Below, piece by piece: positions 38,536-49,415 of a DNA stretch of 64,000 bases. The notes beneath the pieces are model-generated. The model searched no databases. It saw nothing but the letters and a program-made list of their open reading frames with translations, and was not told where the DNA came from. A program made the position numbers and the translations under genes. Position 1 is the first letter of the stretch; each line of letters begins with the position of its first letter. The DNA is from an uncultured Actinomycetota bacterium (GTDB lineage: Bacteria > Actinomycetota > Actinomycetes > Actinomycetales > Microbacteriaceae): contig CAWKBZ010000003.1 in assembly GCA_963848065.1 (NCBI GenBank), positions 13,147-77,146 of the forward strand. The letters run 5' to 3'.

Positions 38536-39256
38536 GACCAATCCTCCTCGGCGAGCGGTGCGTCGTTCAGTTCGTCACGCAGCGCACGCCAGTTCGGCAA
38601 GTGCTTGTCCATCAATTCCACGAAGCGGTCGTTATGCGTGCGCTCATGCAAGTGCAACATCTCGTGAACGACGATGTATTCGAGACATAGAGGATGTTTC
38701 TTGGCGAGTTCGATGTTGAACCATACGCTGCCGGAATCCGGGTTACACGAGCCCCATTTCGTCTTCATGCGGCGCACCGTCCACTTACTCACTCGTTGGC
38801 CAACTAGGGGTTCCCACTTCTCGATCAACAGAGGAATTGCAGCTTTACATTTGCCTGCGATACCAGGACTCCAAGAGTTTCCGACGTTGTACATCGCCCG
38901 TGCCGCTCGGAGCCGATAGCTGCAGTTTCGACCCGGCGACGTCGATGCCTGGGCGCGCCAGACCGCTCAATCAGTTTCAACCGAAGCCGCTGGCCCCACA
39001 CGTAGTGCGACTCGCCTGTGACCATCTCGCGCTCAGACTGTCGCTCCGCAGCTTGGAGCTGCTCTCGCTGTTTCTTGATCCACGGGAGGCGCTGCACGAC
39101 CGCGAGCCGAATAGCGTCTTCGTCGAGGCGATCCGGTGCTGCAACGCGGACCCTGCCGATTGGCGGGTACACAGATATGTGCATGTTCTTGATGTTCTTG
39201 TACACGACGTCGACGCTGATCCCGGCGACGCTCAGGTAGCCGTTAGCGGTACTCAT
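38532..39256 (-). pseudogene. DUF45/YgjP-type (M48-like) metal-dependent hydrolase; at least 2 frame disruptions
   Basis: N-terminal part in ORF 38825-39256. Middle segment IDVAGSKLQLSAPSGTGDVQRRKLLESWYRRQ is in a third frame. C-terminal part in ORF 38532-38894 has HEMLHLHERTHNDRF. Switches are near 38950 and 38850. Confidence 0.8.
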
Positions 39257-42200
39257 CGCGGGCCCTCACTAGATCGAAGAGTTCGTCGAACCGGCCGAAC
39301 TCGGCTGGCAAAACCCTCTTGATCGCGTTGGCGACGATCTTCTCTTTCATTTTGTTGCCAACCCAGTCGTGCGGCTTCGCGACGCCGATCACAGCGTCCA
39401 GTTGAATCGGCATGGCTTCGTTGTCCCAGCCAAAGTCGAACAGTGCTTTCTGGGCACCGTTCTTCGCCCAGACGGGGTAGACGGTATCGGACTCCTTCTT
39501 GCCAACCTTCGTAGCCAAGGCGATCAGCTCTTCGAGATACTGCTTGTAGTCAATCGCCTCTTGGCGACGCTGCTCGATAAGCGCATCCAACAGCGAGGAC
39601 ATCGTCTCGTAGTACTTCGGGTTCATCGCATGCTCGTCGATGATGGTCTTGCGCACGTTATTGACGATCGTTTCGGCGACGGCGTCCTTGTTTTTCTTGA
39701 TGCCGATCGGCAACGCATCGATGGCACCTGCGCCACGTTGCACGATCAGATCGACAAGGCCGGTGTCCTCGAACTCTGCGACAATCTCGGAGTTGCCCGC
39801 CTGGATATAGGTATCCAGCAGGAAGCGCATGCCTGCTTCGAACTGCTTAAAGTCGACGTTCTCGCCTGCCCCGAGCTTGACCTCGTCGCGTACTGCGACA
39901 TAGTGAGCGACTTCCTTCTTGATCGCGGCAGCCTGGCGCGGTGTAGCCCGCGGCATCCATGTCATTGGCAAGCACCGCGTACGCGCGCACAGGCCGCTCA
40001 CCGATTTGTATAGCTCCACGCGCTTCGGCTCGTTTGCCTTGAGCTGGTCTGCGTTGCCGGCCTCCGCAGCACAGAAGTAGTGCTGGTACTGCAGCGTCTC
40101 CTTCGGTGGCGCGACGGGTTCGCACAGACGCCGGATTCGCTCGATTGCCTCATCGAGGTCTTTGCGCTCCTGCTCGCTACGGTTCTTTAGCAGCCCTTCG
40201 ATATCCGTCTTCTCGTAACCGTCCAGCGCACCGGAGGTGTAGTCGGTGATGGCATCCTCGAGCGAATTGAAGAGGTCTTGGTAGTCGACGATGTAGCCGT
40301 ACTCCTTGTCGTCCCCATCGAGGCGATTTACTCGACAGATCGCCTGAAAGAGGCCATGGTCGCGCATCGTCTTGTCGATATACAGATAGGTAGCGGAAGG
40401 TGCGTCGAAACCGGTCAGCAACTTGTCGACCACGATGAGCAGACGCATCTGGCCGGGCTCTTCAATGAATCGACGCTTGACGTCCTTCTCGAACTGCTCG
40501 ATCTTCAAGACCGCTTGGTCTGCCGGTTCGTCGAAATAGTCGGCGAGCATCTGGCGATAGATGTCGTACTGACGAAGTTTCTCGGTTGCGCCGTCGCCAG
40601 CATCCTCTTTAGAGATGTCGCCGGCCTTCGGCACGTAGCTAGTGACAATCGCCACCTTGCCCTTGAACCCAGCCTGAACGAACATTTCGTAGAACTTGCA
40701 AGCCTGATAGATGCTTGAGCCGACGAGCATGGCATTGCCGCGACCGTCCATCAAGCGCGGCCGGTATCCATATCGAGCAGGATGTCCTGCACAATCTGTT
40801 TCGCGCGCGGTTCGGCGCTAGACGACCTTCTGCATGGTGCCCCAACGCTTCTTGAGCTCGGCTTTGGACAGGTCGGTCATGCCCTTGGTCTTGGCATCGA
40901 ACCACTTATCATCTTGTCGTGGCAGTTCAGGTCCTGATCGATGTTGCGCGCCTCGTAGCGAAGGTCGAGCACGACGCCATCTTTGACAGCCTCGTCGAAC
41001 TTGTAGGTATGAATGAAGCTACCGAATGTCTCGATACTGGTCGTCTTGTCGGCCTTGAGCAGAGGCGTGCCGGTGAAACCAATAAACATCGCTCTAGGAA
41101 GAAGCTTCTTCATCGCCGATGCATCTTGCCCGACTGGGTGCGGTGCGCCTCGTCGACAAAGACAAAGAAGTTGCCTTTCGCGCTGAACCGGCGGGATCTT
41201 GGCGTTCAGTTCGGCGATGAATCGTCCTCGATCTCGTCGCGCCTCTCGTCGTCGCGCCCCGGAACTTGTGCACAAGGGAGCAGATCAACTGCGGTTTGTG
41301 ATTGTTAGGCTGTGATCAGGTCAGCGCCGCTGGTGGTGCGATAGATCTGCTCGTTGACACCGCCGAACACTTTCTCGATCTGCTCATCCAACTCGGTGCG
41401 ATCGGTGATGATCAGCACTCGTGCTTCGGTTGGTGTTCACTGATCCACTTCGCTAGCCACACCATCGTCAGGCTCTTGCCGGACCCCTGGGTATGCCAGA
41501 TGATGCCACCCTCACGCTTGGCGACGCGCGCCTGGCTGCCTTCACTCCGAAGTACTGATTGTGACGGGCAGTCTTCTTGATGCCGGCATCGAACACAATG
41601 AAGTCATGAATCAGCTCGAGGAAGCGTTCTTTGGCGCACATCTGAAGCAAGCCGCGGTCCAGCGGCTCTTGGACGTCAGATGGTTCCTTCCACTCGAGCC
41701 AGTACTTCTCGGGAGTCTCGATAACGGCATAGCGAAGACCCTCGACATCATTACCCGCAAATAGCATCTGGACTGTCGTGAAGAACGGACGAATGAAGTC
41801 CTTTTTCTGGTTCCCTATGTTCTGACGGATGCCTTCCGAGACGCCGATTTTGGACCGCTTGAGCTCGATGACACCGAGCGCGATGCCGTTCACGTAAATA
41901 ACGACGTCCGGGCGTTTTGTGTGTTCGCCCTTGATCGATACCTCTTCGGCAACCACGAAGTGATTGGCCTCCGGGTTCGACCAGTCCACGAGCCAGACCG
42001 TCTCGAATTGCTCCCCGATACCGTTTGACCTTCACGCCGTATCGCAGAAGGTCGTAGACCTCGCGGTTGGCCTCGTAAAGCGTTCGACCGCCGCCGAGCG
42101 ATGCGGCCTTCTTCAGTTCGGCAATCGCCTTGTCCGCTAGCGCGGCCCGTAGTCGCGAGCGAGCAAGTTCTGGGTGAGCAGTTCGACCTCAACATGAGAA

Positions 42201-42307
42201 TTGTCTTCTCGGTACTCCCAATTGCCGAGATAGTCGTATCCAAGTTGCTGGAACAACCCAACGACTCTGTCCTGCGTCTTGCGCTCGATCTGTCCGACTA
42301 CGCTCAT
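39243..42307 (-). pseudogene. hsdR: Type I restriction enzyme R subunit; about a dozen frame disruptions
   Basis: ATG 42305-42307 with GGAGG. Fragments: MSVVGQIERKTQDRVVGLFQQLGYDY; the nuclease domain (ORF 41468-41989); GIIWHTQGSGKSLTMVW; VLIITDRTELDEQI; the DEAH box FVFVDEAHRTQSG; FIGFTGTPL (ORF 40877-41275); the C-terminal 503 aa (ORF 39243-40754). Consecutive motifs lie in different frames. Confidence 0.85.
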
Positions 42308-43492
42308 GCTGCGACCTCCACAGGTTCAGACGAGTGCGGCCGGTCAGAAGCTCCTGCATCATGCCCCGCTGACGTTTCGCAAGTGAATCGAGGCGACGTT
42401 TAAGCGCTGCGATTTCGGCATCGGCTGCGTCGAGTGCGTCGACAATTGCATTCTGCTCCTGGCGCGAAGGGGGTACTGCAACAACAAATGACTTGAAGGT
42501 CGGCAGGCGTAGCGAGTCGACTGTCGCTTCAACGCTGTTTTCCATCGCGTGCTTTCCAAAAAACTCGGTGCATGAAGTAATAGATGAACTTGCCAACCAC
42601 CTCGTCGGTGAAGTCACTTACCTTGTACACCCTTTGATGCACCTCAAACTTGCCATTGATGTAATGGAATATCGAGCCGATGTTCCCTTCGCCCGGCACG
42701 AGGATATTGCCTCGCCTTCGTAGGAATAGCTGTCGATTCTCTCCACGATCGCAGACCTGACATAAAACGGGTACGCCCACCTTCACCCTTGTCCTGGTTA
42801 ATGCGAATGCCCGTCTTGCTTCGAACAACGGCACCGAGCGTTGTTTCGGCCATGGCGTATCAAATCCGCGCAGCCGAGATTTGCCGGTCAGGAGCTGCTG
42901 CATCATGCCCTGCTTCATGGCCTGCTTTTTCGCGATCAAACGATCAACTGACATCAATCAACCGAGCCGTCGTGGATATGGAATCAGCGATGGCTACTGT
43001 TGCGAAACTGGCGGAAGGGGGATGATAAAGCGCGAAGATCGCGGGCACCAAGTTCGGCTGCGCAGCGCCGCCTGCCCACTTTTCAATCTCCTGTGCACAC
43101 AGCTCGGACGCCAAATACGCGGCGAGAAACTCCACGGTAAAGTCTTGACGTCGGGCGTCGGATTATCACGAGCGAGCTCGCAATTGCCCCGTTCGGGGCG
43201 GCAGCATCGACAAGTGCGAATTTGCCGAGCGAGCCTCGCAGGCAAACACAGAACATCTCCACTACCAAACTTTCCACTCCCGAGGCGTGCAAACGTCGCT
43301 CCGGGGATGTAGTCCACGTTAGCTGAAGTCGATACGCCCAGAGCGCAGGTGGCCAGCGTTCACAAAAGGAGCGCCCGTTGGAATCGAACGAGCCCGGTGA
43401 CGGGATAATCACGCCTCTATCTCCGTCTCAAATCGCACACAGTGCGCCAAGCGTCGATAGTGGCCAGGGTGCCGCCACAGCTGGTCGTCCAC
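42304..43492 (-). pseudogene. hsdS: Type I R-M specificity subunit; several frame disruptions
   Basis: Two TRD halves. Conserved spacers are VDRLIAKKQAMKQGMMQQLLTGKSRL and IAALKRRLDSLAKRQRGMMQELLTGRTRL. The ending SEPVEVAA* in an alternative frame overlaps the hsdR ATG (ATGA). The pieces are spread over ORFs 42189-42617, 42529-42957, 42994-43317 and 43083-43412. Confidence 0.75.
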
Positions 43493-45921
43493 TAGTGCAC
43501 CCCCATACCCAGCTAGGTGTGTAACGACCCGGGCACCGAGCGCTTGAAGCTCAGCCTCGAGATCGGCGAGCGTCTGCGTCGTAGCGCTCCCCAAGTTCAG
43601 TGATGCGTGCAATGAGCCTCTCGGTCAGACCAGCGACCTCAAGGCGAATGCGCTCCTCGGTCGTCGCCTGCCACTTGTCGTCAATGACCAACTGCTTGAA
43701 TGTCTGTCGTCGTCAACTTCCCGTATTGAGCAAGCGTGGCCTGATCGAGCTCGTGCCCCGACTCCTTCGCAGTTTTCTTCGCTGTAGCTTCTGCCTCGTA
43801 GAGCGCAATGAGTTCTGCGAGGGCTGCAACTTCGCCGCTTCGAGGATCTTCGCGTTTGGCTTCACGAAGTCGTGCGCTCGCGAGCGTCTTGCTGATCTTG
43901 CCGTCATCCATGGCATCGGCAAGGAGACCATCCTCGACCTGAGTTCTCCTCCACAAACTCCTCGATCGTCTGTGCGGCGCTCTCTACCTCGGCGTTTAGC
44001 TCGTTGACCTTCGCTTGTTCGTCCGCGAAGTAGCGCGCGACGATGAGGTGCAGGCGGAACAGGTCCATCTTGTACTTGGTGCGGTCACGCCCCGAACCGA
44101 TCACGAGGTCAGGAGTTTCGGAGAGCTTCCGATCCTTATCTTCGATAGTCTTACGCGGCTTGGCTGCGCCATCCCAGCCTTCGCTCATGATGAGCGCGAC
44201 GTCGTCGTGCATAGTCCTGATTCCAGTAGCTCATGAGCTGTTCGTAGACCGCGTACTCGTCCACGAGAGGCCGGGGTGGAAGATGTCGAGAAGGTTCTCC
44301 GAGGGTGCGCTGATGAGTTCAGCGGGTTTGGTCGACCGGTGATCCCGGCAAGCTGCTCGCGATGTCCGCTCCACCATTCCGATACGAGGTCGCGGACTGG
44401 TCGAGTTGAATACCTTGATACTCAGCCGAGCTCGTGATCGTCGCTGTGAACGTCATGCTTCTCGACAGCGAGTTCGAATATCCTTCTCGGAGAGGCTCGA
44501 AAAAGGTCGGATCTTAGTGAGGGAAACGCGTTCCAATATGCGCTCGAGCGCGTCGATGTCACGGTTCGGGATGCCGCCATTCATGTGCGCGTGGAGGTCC
44601 TGAATATCCTCAGGTTCGGAGGAGTCGATGTAGCGCGGAATGTTGAGGTTGAAGTCGTTGGCGCTCTTCGATCTCGCTCAGCGGCACCATGCGGGAGTAG
44701 CCTGGATCTCTGCCTGCTTGGTGAAAGCATCGACAATCTTGTGAATGTCCGGGGGCGCAGCCGGTTCTTCGGTCCGTCCTTCATGAAGCCTTTAGAGGCG
44801 TCGATCATGAAGACCCCAGTGCGCGCCTGGGCGTTCTCCTTGTCAATCACAAGGATGCAGGCAGGGATACCAGTGCCATAGAAGAGGTTGGCGGGCAGGC
44901 CAATGATGCCCTTGATGTAGCCGCGCTTGATGATCTCCTTGCGAATCGTCGCTTCCGTGTTGCCGCGGAAGAGCACACCGTGCGGCAAAATCACCGCGCC
45001 CTTGCCATTGCTCTTGAGCGACTTCAGCATATGAAGCAAGAAGGCGAAGTCGCCGTTCTTCTCGGGCGGACGGCCATACTCGAAGCGGCCGTATCGTTCT
45101 CAAGTCCATTGCTCCAGATTTGACCGAAAACGGCGGATTGGCGACCAGCGAAGTCGAAAGTCTCGAGCTGGTCTCTGTCGGTGAACTGCGGGCTGGCGAT
45201 CGTGTCGCCCTTGCGAATGTCTGCGATCTCGTTCCCGTGCAGGATCATGTTCATCTTGGCCAGAGCCCAGGTGGCGTTGTCTTTCTCCTGCCCGTAGATG
45301 GTCAGGCCGTGCGGCGCAGCATCCGCGACCTTGAGAAGCAGCGATCCCGACCCGCAAGTCGGGTCATAGACCGTTGTCTGGCGTGGTCGCGCTGATACCG
45401 ATCACTTGGCCAGATCGCGCGAGACCTCGGCAGGAGTGTAGAACTGCCCCTTTGACTTGCCCGACTCGGTGGCAAAGTGTCGCATCAGGTACTCGTAGGC
45501 GTCGCCGAGCAGGTCGTCGCCTTCGGCGCGGGAGCCACGGAAGTCGAGGTCCTGGAAAATCGAGATCAGGTTCGTCAGGCGATCCTGCATCTCCTTACCT
45601 TTGCCGAGCTTCTCTTCATCGTTGAAGTCCGCAAGGTCAATAACCTTCTGAAGCTCGTTGGCCTCGGCGAGCTTAGCGATCGCCTTGTTGATCTTGTCGC
45701 CGATCTCCTTGTCACCCTTGAAGGTGACCAGATCGTCAAAAGAGCCGCCGGCAGGCACATCGATCAAACTGTTCTTGTCGGACCTGCGCTTTATCGGTGA
45801 CATACTTCACGAAGAGGAGTGTAAGCACGTAGTCCTTGTACTGCGAGGCGTCCATGCCGCCACGGAGTTCGTCCGCACCTCTCCAAAAGCGAGCTATACA
45901 GGGCTGATTTTTGAGTGCCAT
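43492..45921 (-). pseudogene. hsdM: Type I R-M N6-adenine DNA methyltransferase, long form (~810 aa); about ten frame disruptions
   Basis: Fragments: MALKNQ..ADELRGGMDASQYKDYVLTLLFVKYV; GQFYTPAEVSR; VYDPTCGSGSLLLK; VANPPF (~45128-45145); GAVILPHGVLFRGN..GIIGLPANLFYGTGIPACI. The C-terminal coiled-coil region is in ORFs 43681-43956 and 43904-44212. Motifs alternate between frames. Confidence 0.85.
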
Positions 45922-45957
45922 TAGCGCTCGACCACCTTGAGCACCAAGCGCGCCTCA

Positions 45958-46161
45958 TTAAAAGTCGTTCGTCTCGCGGTAAGTCATCTCGTGCGTGTTC
46001 TCCTCGACATCGAGCGCGTCGTCGTGGTTGTCCACAAGGCGTTGATTGAGGTTAGCGGGATAGACCGACGTGGGCATGCTCTGAAGTCGATTCGCCCGGA
46101 TCTTCGGCGCGCGCACGCCCACCAATTCACCGCTCACTTCAAGCAGGTCAGGAAGACTCAC
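45958..46161 (-). CDS. Small ORF (67 aa) coupled to the exonuclease gene stop; function unknown
   Basis: GTG 46159-46161 overlaps the upstream TGA (GTGA). Ends 36 nt before the hsdM ATG. No family recognised. Confidence 0.3.
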   Translation of the reverse strand: MSLPDLLEVSGELVGVRAPKIRANRLQSMPTSVYPANLNQRLVDNHDDALDVEENTHEMTYRETNDF

Positions 46162-47382
46162 TCCCCCAGCAATCGCACCAACCCCGCTTCATCCACTATC
46201 GGGATCCCATAGTCGCGCGCCTTGCGGGCCTTGCCCGAGAGGGAGTCCGGGTCGGCGGCCACGAGCAGGCTCACCTTCTTCGTCACTGCCGCCCAGGGGG
46301 TGAAGCCGCGGGCGATCAGTTCGCCCTCCCACTGCTCGCGCGCCCGCGACATCTCGCCGGTCAGCACGATCAGGTCACCGGGTGAGAGCGTGAACTCCGG
46401 GGCCGCCCAGTCGGGGGCGAGGGCTGCCGGTTGCGGGGCGGATGCCGCATCCAGAACCGCGGTCAGCGCATCCGTTGGAATGTCGAGCAGGTTGGCCACG
46501 TCGACGAGGTCGGCCATCTCGTTGTCCGTGAGCTCGCCATCCGCCCAGGCGACGCGAGCGAGGGTGTCGAAGTACTCGAGGTGCAGCTTCTCGCAGGTGG
46601 TGCGGTTCATGCCCGACTCTTCCGCGAGCTGCACGAGCGCCTGCGCCTCATGCACCGAGAGGTGCCGGTCGAGCAGGCAGCGATCGAGCAGCGCAAGGTA
46701 GTTGAGGTGCTCGGCCGGGCCCGCAAACTCCGGCAGCTTCAGCGTGATGCGCTGCAGGAACGACTCCGCGGTGACCTCGATCGCTTGCTGCGGGCGTGGA
46801 TGCCAGTTCGACTCTGCGGCAGGCAGCGCTGGCCACTCGTATCGCAGGGCGTTGGTGAGGTGCTCGTCAGCAACTACCTCGTTGGTGAGGTCTCGATACG
46901 CGGCCTCGCTTCGCTCGGTCGCTACTCGACCAGCGGGATTGGCGCCGCGCTATTCGACAGCAGGCGGCGCAGCAGTCGGCGAGGGAACGGCCGGCACCCG
47001 GCAGAAACTCGTGGGCGAGCTGCATCGTACAGAGGGATACGAGGTCTGGCAGCATCCACTGTCCGGATCTTTGCAGTTCGGCGACGAGGAACCTCGTGTC
47101 GAAGCTGGCATTGTGTGCGACCACGACACGGCCGGCGAGCAACTGCACCAGTTGGCCGGCGATCTGCTCGAACGGCGGGGCGGTCACGATGTCAGACGAG
47201 CGGATGCCGTGGATGCGCTGCGGGCCAAGGTCGCGTCGCGGGTTCACCAGGGTCTCCCACTCCCCCTCGACCCGGCCGTCCGTGCTGACGTGCACGACGG
47301 CGAGTTCGATCACCCGGTCGTGGCTGCCGGGGAACAGGCCGGTGGTCTCGAAGTCAATTACGGCGAAGCCTGGGCCTGGCAT
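46158..47382 (-). pseudogene. DEDDh 3'-5' exonuclease (DnaQ-like) + TerB-like + BRCT domain protein; disrupted
   Basis: Exo I VIDFETTG and Exo II VVAHNASFD are in ORF 46867-47382. The Exo III H-x4-D segment is absent. The middle part is in another frame. The C-terminus (ORF 46158-46655) has WADGELTDNEMADL and BRCT-like IVLTGEMS...KVSLLVAADPDSLSGKARKARDYGIPIV. Confidence 0.7.
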
Positions 47383-47405
47383 GGCTGCTCCTTGTCCGAC
47401 GCACC

Positions 47406-48161
47406 ATGTACGTTCAGCGGATGGTGCGATACGGAGACTATGTCATATATGTGCTTGAGAGCGGGGACCACAATCTGGTGGACTTCGACACGCAATACCC
47501 GATGTTTGTGCTCGCTTTTTGCATCTTCCCCATCCAGCACTACATCGATCACATCGTGCCGCGCGCGCTCAATCTAAAGTTCGCCTATTTCGGGCACGAC
47601 ATGGTCGTGCTTCACGAACGTGAAATTCGCCAATCCAAGCACCCCTTTTACATCCTGCTCAACCCAACTGTGCGAGGCCCGTTCCTGAAGGAAATCGACG
47701 ACTTGATCGCGGAATCCCGTTTTGGGATCGTCGCTAGCGTCATTGAGAAGAACGAGTTCAAATCACGGCGCGGCGCTGACATCAGCCCGTACTCGGTAGC
47801 GCTGGAGTTCGGGCTCGAGCGGGTGTTTCTCCAACTTCAGCAGCGCAACCAGACGGGTAGGAGAACGTTCGTCGTGTTCGAGAGTCGCGGCAAGAAGGAA
47901 GATGCCGAGCTCGAGCTCGAATTCCGACGCATCATGCAAACCACTCGCATGAGGGGCATGCCTCAAACTCTGGAGTTCCTCTGCGTCAGCAAACTGACCA
48001 ACAGCACCGGGCTGCAAGTTGCCGATATGGTGGCGCGGCCGATCGGGATACACGCACTGCGGCCGGCGCAGGCGAACCACGCATGGGATGTGCTTGAGAA
48101 GAAGCTAGTGCGATCGCCGGATGAAAAAGTGTTTGGGTACGGGCTGAAGTCGTACCCCTAG
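47406..48161 (+). CDS. DUF3800 domain protein
   Basis: 251 aa. YVIYVLESGD at the N-terminus, FESRGKKEDAELE, and LQVADMVARPIG near the C-terminus. An alternative ATG is at 47421. Confidence 0.65.
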   Translation: MYVQRMVRYGDYVIYVLESGDHNLVDFDTQYPMFVLAFCIFPIQHYIDHIVPRALNLKFAYFGHDMVVLHEREIRQSKHPFYILLNPTVRGPFLKEIDDLIAESRFGIVASVIEKNEFKSRRGADISPYSVALEFGLERVFLQLQQRNQTGRRTFVVFESRGKKEDAELELEFRRIMQTTRMRGMPQTLEFLCVSKLTNSTGLQVADMVARPIGIHALRPAQANHAWDVLEKKLVRSPDEKVFGYGLKSYP

Positions 48162-48366
48162 CCGGGAAAAGCGAAAGGCCCCCGGGAATTCCCAAGAGCC
48201 AAACGCCGACCGGGCATTCCCAGTCCACTTGAGTTAACGCTAGCGCACAGTCAGCGATTCCTGACGAGTTTGTGGAAGTCCGTGAGAAATCGGCGTCGCG
48301 CGCATACGGCTCGCATCACACCCATGGGCGACAGCGGGAGGAAGGCGCACACCCTAAGCTCCCCCC

Positions 48367-49009
48367 ATGACCGCCACCACCCCAACCTGGCAGGACTACC
48401 GCCTCGACGCGTTCGGCGAGCCGTACATGGTGTGGCACGACGGCCCGGACTTCTCCGCGTTCCGGCAGCGGGTCGCCGAGGATCCGGTCACCGCCGAGGC
48501 GGTGCTGCTCGAGGGGCTCGCCCAGCAGGATCCGCTCGCCGCCCAGGCCGTCGCCGAAGCGCGCTTCGCGCCGGAGGTCGCGCAGCGGTTCATCCCGATA
48601 CTCACCGCCGCACTCCCGAGACGGGCAGCACGTTCCGGGTGAGTGTCGCGCAGGCGCTCATCCACTCACCGGCGAGCAGCACTGGTCGAGCGAGATCGTG
48701 CTCGTGTTGCACCGCGCCGCCGCCTGGAGTGACCGGCTCGACGCCGCCATCGGGCTCGGACACCTCACCCCCACCGTCGAACTCATCGCGGCCCTCATGC
48801 AGGGCATGCAAGACCCGGAGTACCTCGTGCGCTACCACTGCGCCAACAGCCTCCTCCGCTACGGCGGCGCCACCGGCGACATCTCACAGGAAACCGAGTG
48901 GTTCCCCCTCATCATCGAGGACACAAAACCTGAACAGTGGATGCTCGCAGCATCGGCCCTCGCCGGCACAGCCTCCGCTCGACTCACGCTTGGGCTGGGC
49001 GGGCAGTGA
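48367..49009 (+). pseudogene. HEAT/PBS-lyase-repeat-like hypothetical protein; two frame switches
   Basis: N-terminal part in ORF 48367-48642. ETGSTFRVSVAQALIHS is in a second frame. LTGEQHWSSEIVLVLHRAAAWSDRLDAAIGL...DPEYLVRYHCANSLLRYGG is in ORF 48698-49009. Switches are near 48625 and 48665. Confidence 0.4.
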
Positions 49010-49165
49010 TCCGATCGCCTCGCTCTGCTTCATCTCCCTAACAATGGTGCTCGCACTGCCGCTTCCGGCCACCTCCCCTCACTTTCGCGCCTGACAAGGA
49101 TCAGGTTGTCGATCATCGAGTAATGGACGCACTAAGATCCGTCAAGATATCCTTGACGATTCGGT

Positions 49166-49414
49166 GTGCAGAGGACTAACGTGGTGGGTATTGAGATCGC
49201 GATCTCCGCGCACAAGCACGGGGTGATGATAGAACAAATACTGGCCGTGATTTCCGTTCCATTTCGGCTGGTGAGAATTGGAGATGATCGAGTGTTGTTC
49301 ATCGGGGCCGATCCCAGCGGGCAGTTGCTCGAGGTCATCTGCCTGGACCCCCAAGAGAGCCCCCTGGTCATCCACGCAATGCCGCTCCGATCCAAGTTCG
49401 CGAAATACCTATGA
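49166..49414 (+). CDS. Small protein, possible TA-system toxin (family not resolved)
   Basis: 82 aa with a GTG start. VGIEIAISAHKHGV...LLEVICLD...VIHAMPLRSKF. Lies 1 nt from the downstream HTH gene. Confidence 0.4.
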   Translation: MQRTNVVGIEIAISAHKHGVMIEQILAVISVPFRLVRIGDDRVLFIGADPSGQLLEVICLDPQESPLVIHAMPLRSKFAKYL

Positions 49415-49415
49415 G

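Larger units (their letters stand above)
32709..48240. other. Putative horizontally acquired defence island (no integrase or att repeats detected)
   Basis: G+C drops visibly (by eye, not computed) right after 32708 and recovers around 48.2-48.3 kb. Content is R-M, DUF45, ATPase/helicase genes, an exonuclease and DUF3800. Confidence 0.5.

Noticed and set aside
48172-48200. GGGAATTCCC palindrome after DUF3800 as a terminator
   Set aside because: The stem is only 4-5 bp with no loop, because it is a self-complementary 10-mer, and there is no U-tract. That is too weak to call.
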